Of a stretch of 64,000 nucleotides of DNA, positions 30,416 to 39,900 are shown piece after piece. The DNA lies in the NCBI GenBank assembly GCA_963815535.1, contig CAWFGS010000006.1:11478-75477 (forward strand). The letters are read 5' to 3'. The stretch comes from an uncultured Alphaproteobacteria bacterium (GTDB lineage Bacteria; Pseudomonadota; Alphaproteobacteria; Sphingomonadales; Sphingomonadaceae). Made by a program: the position numbers and the translations under genes. The notes below the pieces were generated by a model. The model had not been told where the DNA came from, did no database searches, and worked only from the letters and a program-made list of their open reading frames with translations. Within the stretch, counting starts at the first letter, position 1. Each line of letters opens with the position of its first letter.

Positions 30416-30554
30416 CGGATCGGGCTCTGACGGTGATTGGGGTTGGAATGGCCCCACATAGCAAGCCTGTCGCCGCTTTGCGAGTTGACAACCGCCGCCA
30501 CCCCCCGCTAGGCGCGCCGCTCACCGGAACGCGCCCACGCAGGCGCCGCCCCGT

Positions 30555-30641
30555 GCCCAGATGGCGGAATTGGTAGACGCGCATGCTTCAGGTGCATGTA
30601 TTCGCAAGGATGTGGAGGTTCGAGTCCTCTTCTGGGCACCA
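30555..30641 (+). tRNA. tRNA-Leu (anticodon CAG)
   Basis: Acceptor GCCCAGA/TCTGGGC, anticodon loop TTCAGGT, long variable arm, T-loop TTCGAGT, encoded CCA. Confidence 0.95.
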
Positions 30642-30920
30642 TCACCTCGCAGCAGTCTGAAACCCTTGGGAAATCGTCGCACAGACGGTTTCTAAACGGC
30701 GTTTGCTAGGATGGCCTGCTACGAGAAGCCGATCCATCATTTGGATTAACGTCACGAAGACCTGATTAAAGAACTGCAGGCCGAAGCGTCGGATTTGCCC
30801 AATGATGCAGGCGGGGCGGCACCAGCCCCTTCGACTGATGCCCGTTGCCATTCGACGAACCGTCTTGCCCGGCTACACCATTGCCGTAAGGTCGGCTGCA
30901 GGTTTTGATGGGGGAATGCA

Positions 30921-31817
30921 ATGCTCGAACTGTCCGGTGTCAGCCATGTCTATCCCAACGGAACGCGTGCGCTCGATGATGTGAGCCTGTCCATTCCGCG
31001 CGGGATGTTCGGTCTGCTCGGCCCCAACGGGGCGGGAAAATCCACGCTGATGCGGACGATCGCGACATTGCAGTCGCCGACGGACGGGACGATCCGGTTC
31101 GGCGATATCGACGTTTTGAGCCAGCCCGATGCCCTATGCGACGTGCTCGGCTATCTGCCGCAGGATTTCGGCGTCTATCCGCGCGTTTCGGCGTATCGGA
31201 TGCTGGACCATATGGCGGTGCTGAAAGGCATTTCGGGTACGGCCGATCGCAAGATCGTGGTCGAACGATTGCTGGACCAGACCAATCTTTGGGATGTGCG
31301 GAACAAGGCGATCGCGGGTTTTTCGGGCGGGATGCGTCAGCGTTTCGGCATCGCGCAGGCCCTGATCGGCAATCCGCAGCTGATTATCGTGGACGAACCG
31401 ACCGCCGGCCTCGACCCCGAAGAACGCAACCGTTTTCTGAACCTGCTGGCCGGTATCGGCGAGAATGTGGTCGTCATCCTGTCCACCCATATCGTGGACG
31501 ACGTTGCCGATCTGTGTCCGCGCATGGCGGTGCTGGCCGATGGCCGCGTCCAATTGGAAGGCGCGCCGCGCGAGCTGATCGCCGAGACCAAGGGGCGCGT
31601 GTGGCAACGCACGATCGACCATGACCGGCTGAATGATTTCCGCGCCTCTCACGAAGTCATTTCGCATCGCTTCTTCGCCGGGCAGGTCATCATCCACGTT
31701 CTGAACGACGATCGACCCGGCGGCTTCGATCCGGCACCGGGCGGATTGGAGGATGTCTATTTCGCAACTCTGGCCGATGCGCGCCGCCCGGCATCCTCCA
31801 TGCCGCAAGCCGCGTAG
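30921..31817 (+). CDS. ABC transporter ATP-binding protein (ABC-2 type)
   Basis: Walker A GPNGAGKST, signature FSGGMRQR, Walker B LIIVDEPTAGLD. Intact. Confidence 0.9.
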   Translation: MLELSGVSHVYPNGTRALDDVSLSIPRGMFGLLGPNGAGKSTLMRTIATLQSPTDGTIRFGDIDVLSQPDALCDVLGYLPQDFGVYPRVSAYRMLDHMAVLKGISGTADRKIVVERLLDQTNLWDVRNKAIAGFSGGMRQRFGIAQALIGNPQLIIVDEPTAGLDPEERNRFLNLLAGIGENVVVILSTHIVDDVADLCPRMAVLADGRVQLEGAPRELIAETKGRVWQRTIDHDRLNDFRASHEVISHRFFAGQVIIHVLNDDRPGGFDPAPGGLEDVYFATLADARRPASSMPQAA

Positions 31818-31829
31818 GGGGCGCGCATC

Positions 31830-34800
31830 ATGCTGTTTGCCCCCATCGCCGGTTTCGAATTGCGCTATCAACTGAGAAACCCGGTATTCTGGGTGTCGGC
31901 GATCATCTTCTTCCTGCTGGGTTTCGGTGTCGCGGCCAGCGCCAATGTCAGTCTGGGCACGCCCGGCCAGGTTGCCGAAAACGCGCCCTATGCCATCACG
32001 GTCGCGCTGGCGATCATGAGCCTGTTCTATCTGTTCGTGATCACATCCTTCGTCGCCAATGCCGTCGTGCGCGACGATCAGACCGGGTTCGGGCCGATGA
32101 TCCGCGCAACGCCGGTGGGGCGGACGCAATTTCTGGCGGGGCGTTTCCTGGGCGGGTTAGCCATCGCGGTGCTGGGTTATCTGGCCTTGCCCCTGGGGAT
32201 CGCAATCGGTGCGATGATGCCGTGGGTCGATCCCGAAACGGTCCGGTCCAGCGGCTTCGTCGCCTATGCCTGGCCGTTCGCGATCATCGCCATCCCCAAC
32301 ATCCTGCTGTCGTCCGCCCTGCTGTTCGCGCTCGCGACCATCACCCGGTCGATGTTGGCAAGCTATATCGGTGTGCTGGTGTTCGTGATGGGATATCTGG
32401 TGGTGACGGCCGTGCTGGCGTCCCGGCCGGAGTTTCAGGATGCGATGGCCCGGTTCGAACCTTTGGCGATGGGGGCATTGTTCGACGTGTCGCGATATTG
32501 GACGGCGGACGAGATGAACACGCGCCTGATACCGCTGGCGGGCAATCTGTTGTTCAACCGCATGTTCGTGCTGGCGTTGAGTGCGCTCTTGCTCGCTGTC
32601 ACTTGGTGGCGGTTCAGCATGACGGAACGGGCGCCGTCGCCGCGTGCCTTGCGAAAAATTGCGCGGCAACAGCGCCGGGAAACCCAAGCCGCCGCCGTAC
32701 GCCCTGCAACCGACGATCGCGACGTTGCCCGGCGCAAGGGAGCGGGAACCGTCGCCGCGCAATTGTGGCTGCGGATGAAGACCGAGGTTGCGCTGGTGGT
32801 CAAAAGCCCCGGCCTGATCGTGCTGCTGCTGCTGTCTGTGATTTTCACTGCCTTCAACCTGTATTTCTCTGAGACGACGTACGGCACGCCGTCCTACCCA
32901 CTGACATCCAACGTCATTTCAACCGTGTTGAGCGGCACGGTGCTGTTCGCTCTGATCGTCGCGGTGTTTTACGGCGGGGAACTGGTGTGGCGGGAACGCG
33001 ATGCGCGCATGAACGAGCTGGTCGGCGCGACGTCCGTGCAGCCCTGGATTATTTTCCTGCCCAAGATTGCTGCCATTTTCATCGTGCTGCTGGCGATGAA
33101 TCTGGTCGGGATGCTGGCGGGCATCGGGTACGAGCTGGCGCTGGGTGCTGGGCGGATCGATATCGCGGCCTATCTCGCATGGTTCGTATTGCCGCAGAGC
33201 ATCGACCTGCTGCTGATCGCCATCCTGGCAGTGTTCGCCCAAGCGGTCAGCCCGAACAAATATGTCGGCTGGGGCATCATGCTGGTGTGGTTCGTGGGCG
33301 GGATATTCCTGTCCAATCTGGGTTATACCAACATTCTCTATCGTTACGGCAGCGGCCCCAGCCAGCCGTTGAGCGATATGAACGACGCATCCGGTTTCTG
33401 GGTCGGGGCGATGTGGGCGCGGCTGTACTGGGGATGTTTCGCCGTGATCCTGCTGGTCGTCGCGCATTGGCTGTGGCCGCGTGGCACGGTTTCGGCGGTT
33501 ATGCCCCGGATCAGGGCGATACCGGGGCGCGTGACGCTTGCCTCCGGTGCGATCGCAGCGGTCATGGCGGCGGGCATGATCGGCAGCGGACTGATGATCC
33601 GCCACAACACCAGCGAACTGAACCTGTATCGAACGGCCGATGATATCGAACGCCAGACGGCCGAGTATGAACGCAAATATCTGCAATACGAAAACCTGCC
33701 GCGCCCCGATATTACCGACGTGGCGTTCGATGTGGCGATCTATCCCGATGAACGGCGGATGGAGGTGACCGGGCGATACGACCTTCGCAACGATACCGGT
33801 GCACCGATCGAACAGGTGCATGTCCGGCAGGGCGATCTGACGGTGGAGTTCCAGTCGATGGAACTGGATGGCGCCAGTTTGTCGGACCATGACACGGAAC
33901 ATCAATATCGCATCTTCACCTTCGCCCAGCCGCTTGCCCCCGGCGCGACCGCGCAGCTGCAATTCGCGTCGCAGATCTGGCGGCGCGGCTTCCCCAACGA
34001 TGCACCGCAGATCGATGTGGTGGACAATGGCACATTCGTGAACAATTTCAGCTTCGCACCGATCATCGGCATGGATCGCGGCAGTCTGCTGTCGGACCGC
34101 ACGCAACGGCGGCGGCAGGGTCTGCCGGATGAATTGCGCCCGGCGAAGCTGGAGGACACTGCCGCGCAGAACGAAAATTACATCCATGCCGATTGGGTCA
34201 ATTCGCGCATCACCGTCAGCACCAGCGCGGATCAGGTTCCGCTGGCGCCCGGCAACAAGATTGCCGATACGGTCGCGGGGGATCGCCGCACTGCCACATT
34301 CCGCAGCCCAGCGCCGATCCTGAATTTCTTTTCCATCCAGTCCGCCCGCTATGCCGAGGCGCATGAGAAGCACGACGGCATCCGCCTGTCTGTCTATCAC
34401 GATCCGAAACATGACTGGAACGTACCGGTCATGCTGGCGGCGATGAAGACGTCGCTGGATTATTATCGGGCGAATTTCGGCCCCTATCAATTCGATCATG
34501 CGCGGATCGTGGAATTTCCCGGCTATCGCGGTTTCGCTCAGGCGTTCGCGGGCACGATGCCCTATTCCGAAAGCATCGGTTTCGCCGCGGACGTCCGCGA
34601 TCCCGACACCATCGATTACGTATCCTATGTCACCGCACACGAATTGGCGCATCAGTACTGGGCGCATCAGGTGGTCGGCGCGGATATGCAGGGCGGCACC
34701 ATGCTGTCCGAAACGCTGGCGCAATATTCCGCACTGATGGTGATGAAGAAAAGGTATGGGCCGGACAAGATCCGCCGGTTCCTGCAATACGAGCTAGACC

Positions 34801-35426
34801 AGTATCTGAGTGGCAGGAAGGGCGAGGTGGTGGAAGAACTGCCGCTCTATCGCGTCGAAAATCAGGGCTACATCCATTATCGCAAGGGATCGCTGGTCAT
34901 GTATCTGTTGCAACAGAGGATGGGGGAGGCGGCGGTCAATCGCGCGCTGTCCCGGTTTGCGAGCCGGTTCCGGTTTCAAAGCGCGCCCTATCCGCGATCG
35001 CTCGATCTGATTGCCGAACTGCGCCGCGAGGCGACGACGCGCGCACAGCAAAATCTGATTACCGACCTGTTCGAACGTATTACCATCTACGATCTGAAAG
35101 CGGTCGAGGCGAACAGCAACAGACGCGCCGACGGACGCTGGGTCACGACACTGACGATCGATACCGGCAAGTTCTACGCCGATGGCAAAGGCGCGGAAAA
35201 ACGCGCGCGGCTGTCCGAAAATATCGAGGTCGGCCTGTTTGCATCGCGTCCGGGCGAAGGGGCGTTCGCCGCCGCCGATGTGCTAATGATGGGCCGTCGT
35301 CCGATTGCAGGCGGGACGCAGCGGATGACGCTGGTGACGGCGGAAAAGCCCGCTTTTGCTGGCATCGATCCGTACAATTTCTACATCGACCGGGATTCGC
35401 AGGACAATGTGGTGGCGGTGGACTGA
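31830..35426 (+). CDS. Fusion protein: ABC-2-type multi-pass permease plus C-terminal M1-family zinc aminopeptidase domain
   Basis: Intact 1198-aa ORF. The N-terminal region of about 560 aa has many hydrophobic segments. The C-terminal domain carries the gluzincin motif TAHELAHQYWAHQ...SETLAQY. Confidence 0.85.
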   Translation: MLFAPIAGFELRYQLRNPVFWVSAIIFFLLGFGVAASANVSLGTPGQVAENAPYAITVALAIMSLFYLFVITSFVANAVVRDDQTGFGPMIRATPVGRTQFLAGRFLGGLAIAVLGYLALPLGIAIGAMMPWVDPETVRSSGFVAYAWPFAIIAIPNILLSSALLFALATITRSMLASYIGVLVFVMGYLVVTAVLASRPEFQDAMARFEPLAMGALFDVSRYWTADEMNTRLIPLAGNLLFNRMFVLALSALLLAVTWWRFSMTERAPSPRALRKIARQQRRETQAAAVRPATDDRDVARRKGAGTVAAQLWLRMKTEVALVVKSPGLIVLLLLSVIFTAFNLYFSETTYGTPSYPLTSNVISTVLSGTVLFALIVAVFYGGELVWRERDARMNELVGATSVQPWIIFLPKIAAIFIVLLAMNLVGMLAGIGYELALGAGRIDIAAYLAWFVLPQSIDLLLIAILAVFAQAVSPNKYVGWGIMLVWFVGGIFLSNLGYTNILYRYGSGPSQPLSDMNDASGFWVGAMWARLYWGCFAVILLVVAHWLWPRGTVSAVMPRIRAIPGRVTLASGAIAAVMAAGMIGSGLMIRHNTSELNLYRTADDIERQTAEYERKYLQYENLPRPDITDVAFDVAIYPDERRMEVTGRYDLRNDTGAPIEQVHVRQGDLTVEFQSMELDGASLSDHDTEHQYRIFTFAQPLAPGATAQLQFASQIWRRGFPNDAPQIDVVDNGTFVNNFSFAPIIGMDRGSLLSDRTQRRRQGLPDELRPAKLEDTAAQNENYIHADWVNSRITVSTSADQVPLAPGNKIADTVAGDRRTATFRSPAPILNFFSIQSARYAEAHEKHDGIRLSVYHDPKHDWNVPVMLAAMKTSLDYYRANFGPYQFDHARIVEFPGYRGFAQAFAGTMPYSESIGFAADVRDPDTIDYVSYVTAHELAHQYWAHQVVGADMQGGTMLSETLAQYSALMVMKKRYGPDKIRRFLQYELDQYLSGRKGEVVEELPLYRVENQGYIHYRKGSLVMYLLQQRMGEAAVNRALSRFASRFRFQSAPYPRSLDLIAELRREATTRAQQNLITDLFERITIYDLKAVEANSNRRADGRWVTTLTIDTGKFYADGKGAEKRARLSENIEVGLFASRPGEGAFAAADVLMMGRRPIAGGTQRMTLVTAEKPAFAGIDPYNFYIDRDSQDNVVAVD

Positions 35427-35429
35427 CCG

Positions 35430-36020
35430 TTATTCGGTCCGCAATCGCGCGCGCGCCTTGGTCATCTGATCGGCCGTATCAATATCGGCTAGCAATTCCG
35501 GGTCGCAGCAGTGGACGCGCAGATCGTCGATACCGGCGAGCAGATGTTTCGCGCCTTTGGCGGGGTCGATGGCCAGAAAATGTCGGTAGAGTAAGGCGGG
35601 AATGAGCAGTGGTGGGCCGGGCGTGCCGTCGCCTTGCGCGGTGGCCATTGCGCCGCCCTCTGCCGCCTCGATCAGATCCGCCAGCAACGCGGTGGTCACG
35701 AACGGCATATCGCCCAGCGTCAGCAGCAGCGCATCGGCGCGCCGTTCCATCGCCCAGCGGATGGCGCGGATGATGGAACTGCCCATGCCGGTTTCGGCGG
35801 CGGGGTTCGGGATGACGGCCACCCCGTCCGGCAGGATAGCGTGCCGATCGGTATCGCGCGCATCGACGATCGCGGCGGTGGGATGGCCGAGCGGCAGCGC
35901 CGCGTCCATGGCGTATCGGATCAACGGCCGTCCGCCCAGATCGGCCCACATCTTGCCCCCGCCAAAGCGCCGGGCCTGCCCCGCCGCCAGCACCGCGACC
36001 ACCACGCGCGGTGTCGTCAT
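35430..36020 (-). CDS. MobA-like NTP transferase (molybdenum cofactor cytidylyltransferase, MocA-like)
   Basis: VAVLAAGQARRFGGGKM...GMGSSI...LLTLGDMPFV. Overlaps the upstream XdhC-like stop. Confidence 0.75.
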   Translation of the reverse strand: MTTPRVVVAVLAAGQARRFGGGKMWADLGGRPLIRYAMDAALPLGHPTAAIVDARDTDRHAILPDGVAVIPNPAAETGMGSSIIRAIRWAMERRADALLLTLGDMPFVTTALLADLIEAAEGGAMATAQGDGTPGPPLLIPALLYRHFLAIDPAKGAKHLLAGIDDLRVHCCDPELLADIDTADQMTKARARLRTE

Positions 36021-36874
36021 GCAGGAACCGCCACGCTCGCGCGTTCCAGCAAGGCTTCGTATCTTTCCACGATTTGCGCCATGGTGGAAAAGGCCAACGC
36101 CTGGGGCGTTCGCGTGGCGGCCACCAGGCCGATCGGCCCGGCGACCCGTGCGATGTCGGCGGCGCCGAACCCCGCCTGAGCCAGCGTCGCCCGGCGGGCA
36201 TCACGGGCGCGCGCCCCGCCGATCGCGCCGATCAGAAACGCCTCGCTCGCCAGCGCCCAGGGCAGTACGCGCCGTTCCCATTCGTGATCGTGGCTGAGGC
36301 ACAGCACCGCGCTCCACGCGTCCAGCAGACCGGCGGGCAGGTCCATCGACAGGCCGCGCGGTTTCAGGCGGACGACCCCGGCCCCATAGGCCGCGCACAA
36401 TGCCGCCAGCGCGTCGCATTCGGGATTGTCGCCGACCAGCACGATACGCGCTGCGGGAAGGTAGTCGCGCGCCGGCAGCAGCGCGTTGGCAGGCAGCGTC
36501 AGGCTGGCCGGTTGCCGAGCCGCCAGCCGCTCCACCACCGCAGCGGCCTTCGCGCGATCGGGGGCCGGATCGATCATGATGTCGAGCGTGGACCCGCAAG
36601 GCAGCCGGAAATCGAACGGCGCGACCCCGCCGCCCAGCCGCACCGTTGCGGGCTGCGCCATCGAAGCGGCCCGCCGCGCCAGTTCCGCATTCAGGCAGTG
36701 ATCCGCCAGATCGCCGGTGCATGTCCCGTCGCCCGCAATCGCCAGCTGCGCCCCGATCCGCCGGGAATAGCTGCCTGCGATGCCGACCACGGTACACAAC
36801 GCCCCGCCATCGCGCGCAATCGCTGCCAGTGCGGCATGATCGGGCGCGCCCGTGGGGTCCAAACTGTCAGCCAA
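36017..36874 (-). CDS. XdhC/CoxI family accessory protein
   Basis: ALCTVVGIAGSYSRRIGAQLAI..G...GDL and the Rossmann-like RIVLVGDNPECDALAAL. The start (TTG 36874) is uncertain. Confidence 0.65.
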   Translation of the reverse strand: MADSLDPTGAPDHAALAAIARDGGALCTVVGIAGSYSRRIGAQLAIAGDGTCTGDLADHCLNAELARRAASMAQPATVRLGGGVAPFDFRLPCGSTLDIMIDPAPDRAKAAAVVERLAARQPASLTLPANALLPARDYLPAARIVLVGDNPECDALAALCAAYGAGVVRLKPRGLSMDLPAGLLDAWSAVLCLSHDHEWERRVLPWALASEAFLIGAIGGARARDARRATLAQAGFGAADIARVAGPIGLVAATRTPQALAFSTMAQIVERYEALLERASVAVPA

Positions 36875-36984
36875 TCCATCGCCTTTCGTCCATCTAGTCC
36901 GCACCACATGAACACCGGGGCGTGCGGGCACAAATGCAAAATCGATTGGCGCGCGGGCGATCGGTGGATATGCGCTGCACCGTG

Positions 36985-39900
36985 ATGGACGCAACGCTCT
37001 TTGCCGCAGGTGGCCTGTTCACGCGCGATTACCTGGGCGACGGCATCACTCGCAGCGCGGGGTGGGCGGCCACGCAGCCGACTCTGGCCGCCATGCGCGC
37101 CCGGCTGACCGCCATCGCGAACACGCTGCCGCGCGACACCAACCCCAACGAAGCGACCACCGAAACCGATTTCGTCTGGCCGGTGCTCGAAGCGTTGGGC
37201 TGGACCCATACGCTGACCCAGCAGAACCTGTCGGAACGCGGGCGAGTGGATGTGCCCGACGGTCTGCTGTTCATCGATGCCGACGCGAAGGAGCAGGCCA
37301 ATTCCCACGGCGAGGAATGGAAACGCTACGGCTTTGGCGCGGCGGTGCTGGAAAGCAAACGGTGGGGCCGCGCGCTGGACCGGGCGGAGGGGCGCAAGGG
37401 AGCCGACCGCGATACGCCGTCCATCCAGCTGCTGCGCTATCTGCGGCGGATCGACGATCACACCAACGGCGCGCTGCGTTGGGGCATATTGACCAACGGC
37501 GCGCGCTGGCGGCTTTATTACGCCGGTGCGCCGTCCATCATCGACGGTTATCTGGAGCTGGACCTGGCGCGCATCCTGGGCCTTGGTTCCGATCTGCTGG
37601 ATACAGGCGTCACGCCGGACGAACGCGATCACTGGCTGGGCGTGTTCGTCACCCTGTTCGGCCGCACCGCGTTCGAACGCGCAGCCGGCGACGCGCCCAG
37701 CACGCTGGACATCGCCCGCGATGAAGCGGTGTTTTACGAAAAGCGCGTCGCGCAAAGCCTGTCCGATCTGGTGTTCAACCGCCTGTATCCCGAACTGGGC
37801 AAGGCCATCGCCGCCGCCGCGCCCGCCGATGCGCCGCTGTCCGACATCCGGCAGGCGACGCTGATCTTCCTCTATCGCATGCTGTTCGTCCTCTATGCGG
37901 AAGATCGCGGTTTGCTGCCGGTGAAGGATGCCCGGTACGACGATTATGCGCTGCGCGTGGCGCGGCTGGATGTCGGGCGGCGGATGGACGATGGCGATGC
38001 GTTTTCCAGCGTGGCGCGCAATTACTGGAGCCGGTTTGCCAGCCTGTCCGAAATGATCGACCGGGGCGATCCGTCGGTCGGCCTGCCGCCCTACAATGGC
38101 GGACTGTTCAGCGCGGGCCAGCCGCTGCTGGGCACGATCCGGCTGGGCGACGATGTCATGGCGCAGGCGCTGGACATCCTGTCGTGGGAACAGGTGGATG
38201 GCCGCCGCCGCTACATCAATTATCGCGATCTGTCGGTGCGCCAGCTGGGTTCCATTTACGAACGGCTGCTGGAATTCGAACTGGTTCGGGAAGAAGGCGC
38301 AGCCGACGTGGAAGGCACGGGCGGCGCGCTGGACATTCGCCCCAACATCTTCGCGCGCAAGAACAGCGGATCGTATTACACGCCGGACGATCTGGTCCTG
38401 CTGATCCTCGACGAAACGCTGGAACCCCTGATCGCCGATGCCCATGCGGCGTTTCGCGAACGGCTGGACGGGCTGACATCTGCGGATGACGAGGATACGA
38501 AATTCGCCGCCTTGCAAAAAGTCGATCCGGCGCGCGCGATCACCCGGTTGCGGGTGTGCGACCCGGCGATGGGGTCCGGGCATTTTCTGGTTTCGCTGGT
38601 CGATCGGCTGACCAACCACGCGCTGGATGCGGTCGCCGATGCCACGGCGCGGGCGCTGGCGCAGCATGGGCTGGAATATGAAAGCCCGGTGGCGGAAGAA
38701 ATCCGCAAGGTGCGCGCCACCATTCGCGGCAACGCGCATGACGAAGGGTGGACCGTTTCGGAAGACCAGCTGGACGATCCCCAGCTGGTCAAACGCATGG
38801 TGCTGAAACGCTGCGTCTATGGCGCGGACAAGAACCCGATGGCGGTGGAACTGGCGAAGGTTTCGCTGTGGCTGCACACTTTCACCGTCGGCGCGCCCCT
38901 GTCGTTCATCGATCACCATCTGGCGGCAGGCGACAGCCTGTTCGGCCTGTGGGTGCGCGATGCGATCGACAAGGCGACGCACGGGACCGGCACGGGCGGC
39001 GAGCTGTTCCTGCACGAACCGCTGCAACGCGCGCAGCGGCAGGCCCGGTCGATGGAACTGATCGAGGCCCTGACCGATGCGGATATAGACGAGGCGCATC
39101 GCAGCGCCGAAATGTGGCAGGATGTGGAAGCGCAGATCGGGGAGCTGGACGGCTTCGTCAGCTTCGTCCACGCGCTCGACTGGCTGGATTTGAAAGGCAC
39201 GGACCGCGCGCTGGTCGCCCAATGGCTGGACGGGGTGTTCGGCGATCCCATGCCCATCGCGCGCGGCCTGCGCCCGCCTGCGGGGGCGGAAGGGAATGCG
39301 GATGTGGAACGCTTCACCGCCATTCAGGGCGAAGCGCGCGCGCTGATAGAGGAGGAACGCTTCCTCAACTGGCAGATCGTCTTCCCCGGAGTGTGGACCA
39401 ACTGGGCGAGCGCAGCGCGCGAAGGCGGTTTCGACGCGGTGGTCGGCAATCCGCCGTGGGACCGGATCGAACTGCAGCAGGTGCCATGGTTCGCGGCCCG
39501 CCGTCCGCCCATCGCACGGGCGCAGCGCCGACGGACCGCAAGACGAATGATCGCCGCGATGAAAGCGGTGGAGATCCGCTGAACGCCGATTGTGGAGGCA
39601 GTATCGCCACGCCGTCGATACGTTGCGGATGGCGCGCACGAAGATCGCCAAGGGAATGGCGGTCATTACCGTGTTGGGGCGCGGCGAAAGTCAATCTGTA
39701 CAGCCTGTTCGTGGAACGCGCCCATGCGCTGGTGAGACCGGGTGGAATGGTCGGCCTGCTGACACCCAGCGGTATCGCCAGCGACCAATCGGCCGCGCGT
39801 TTTTCGCCAGGTCGCGGTCGGCGGGCATATCAAGGCGTTGTACGATTTCGAAAATCGGAAAGTGTTCTTCCCGGACGTCCACGCCAGTTTCAAATTCTGC

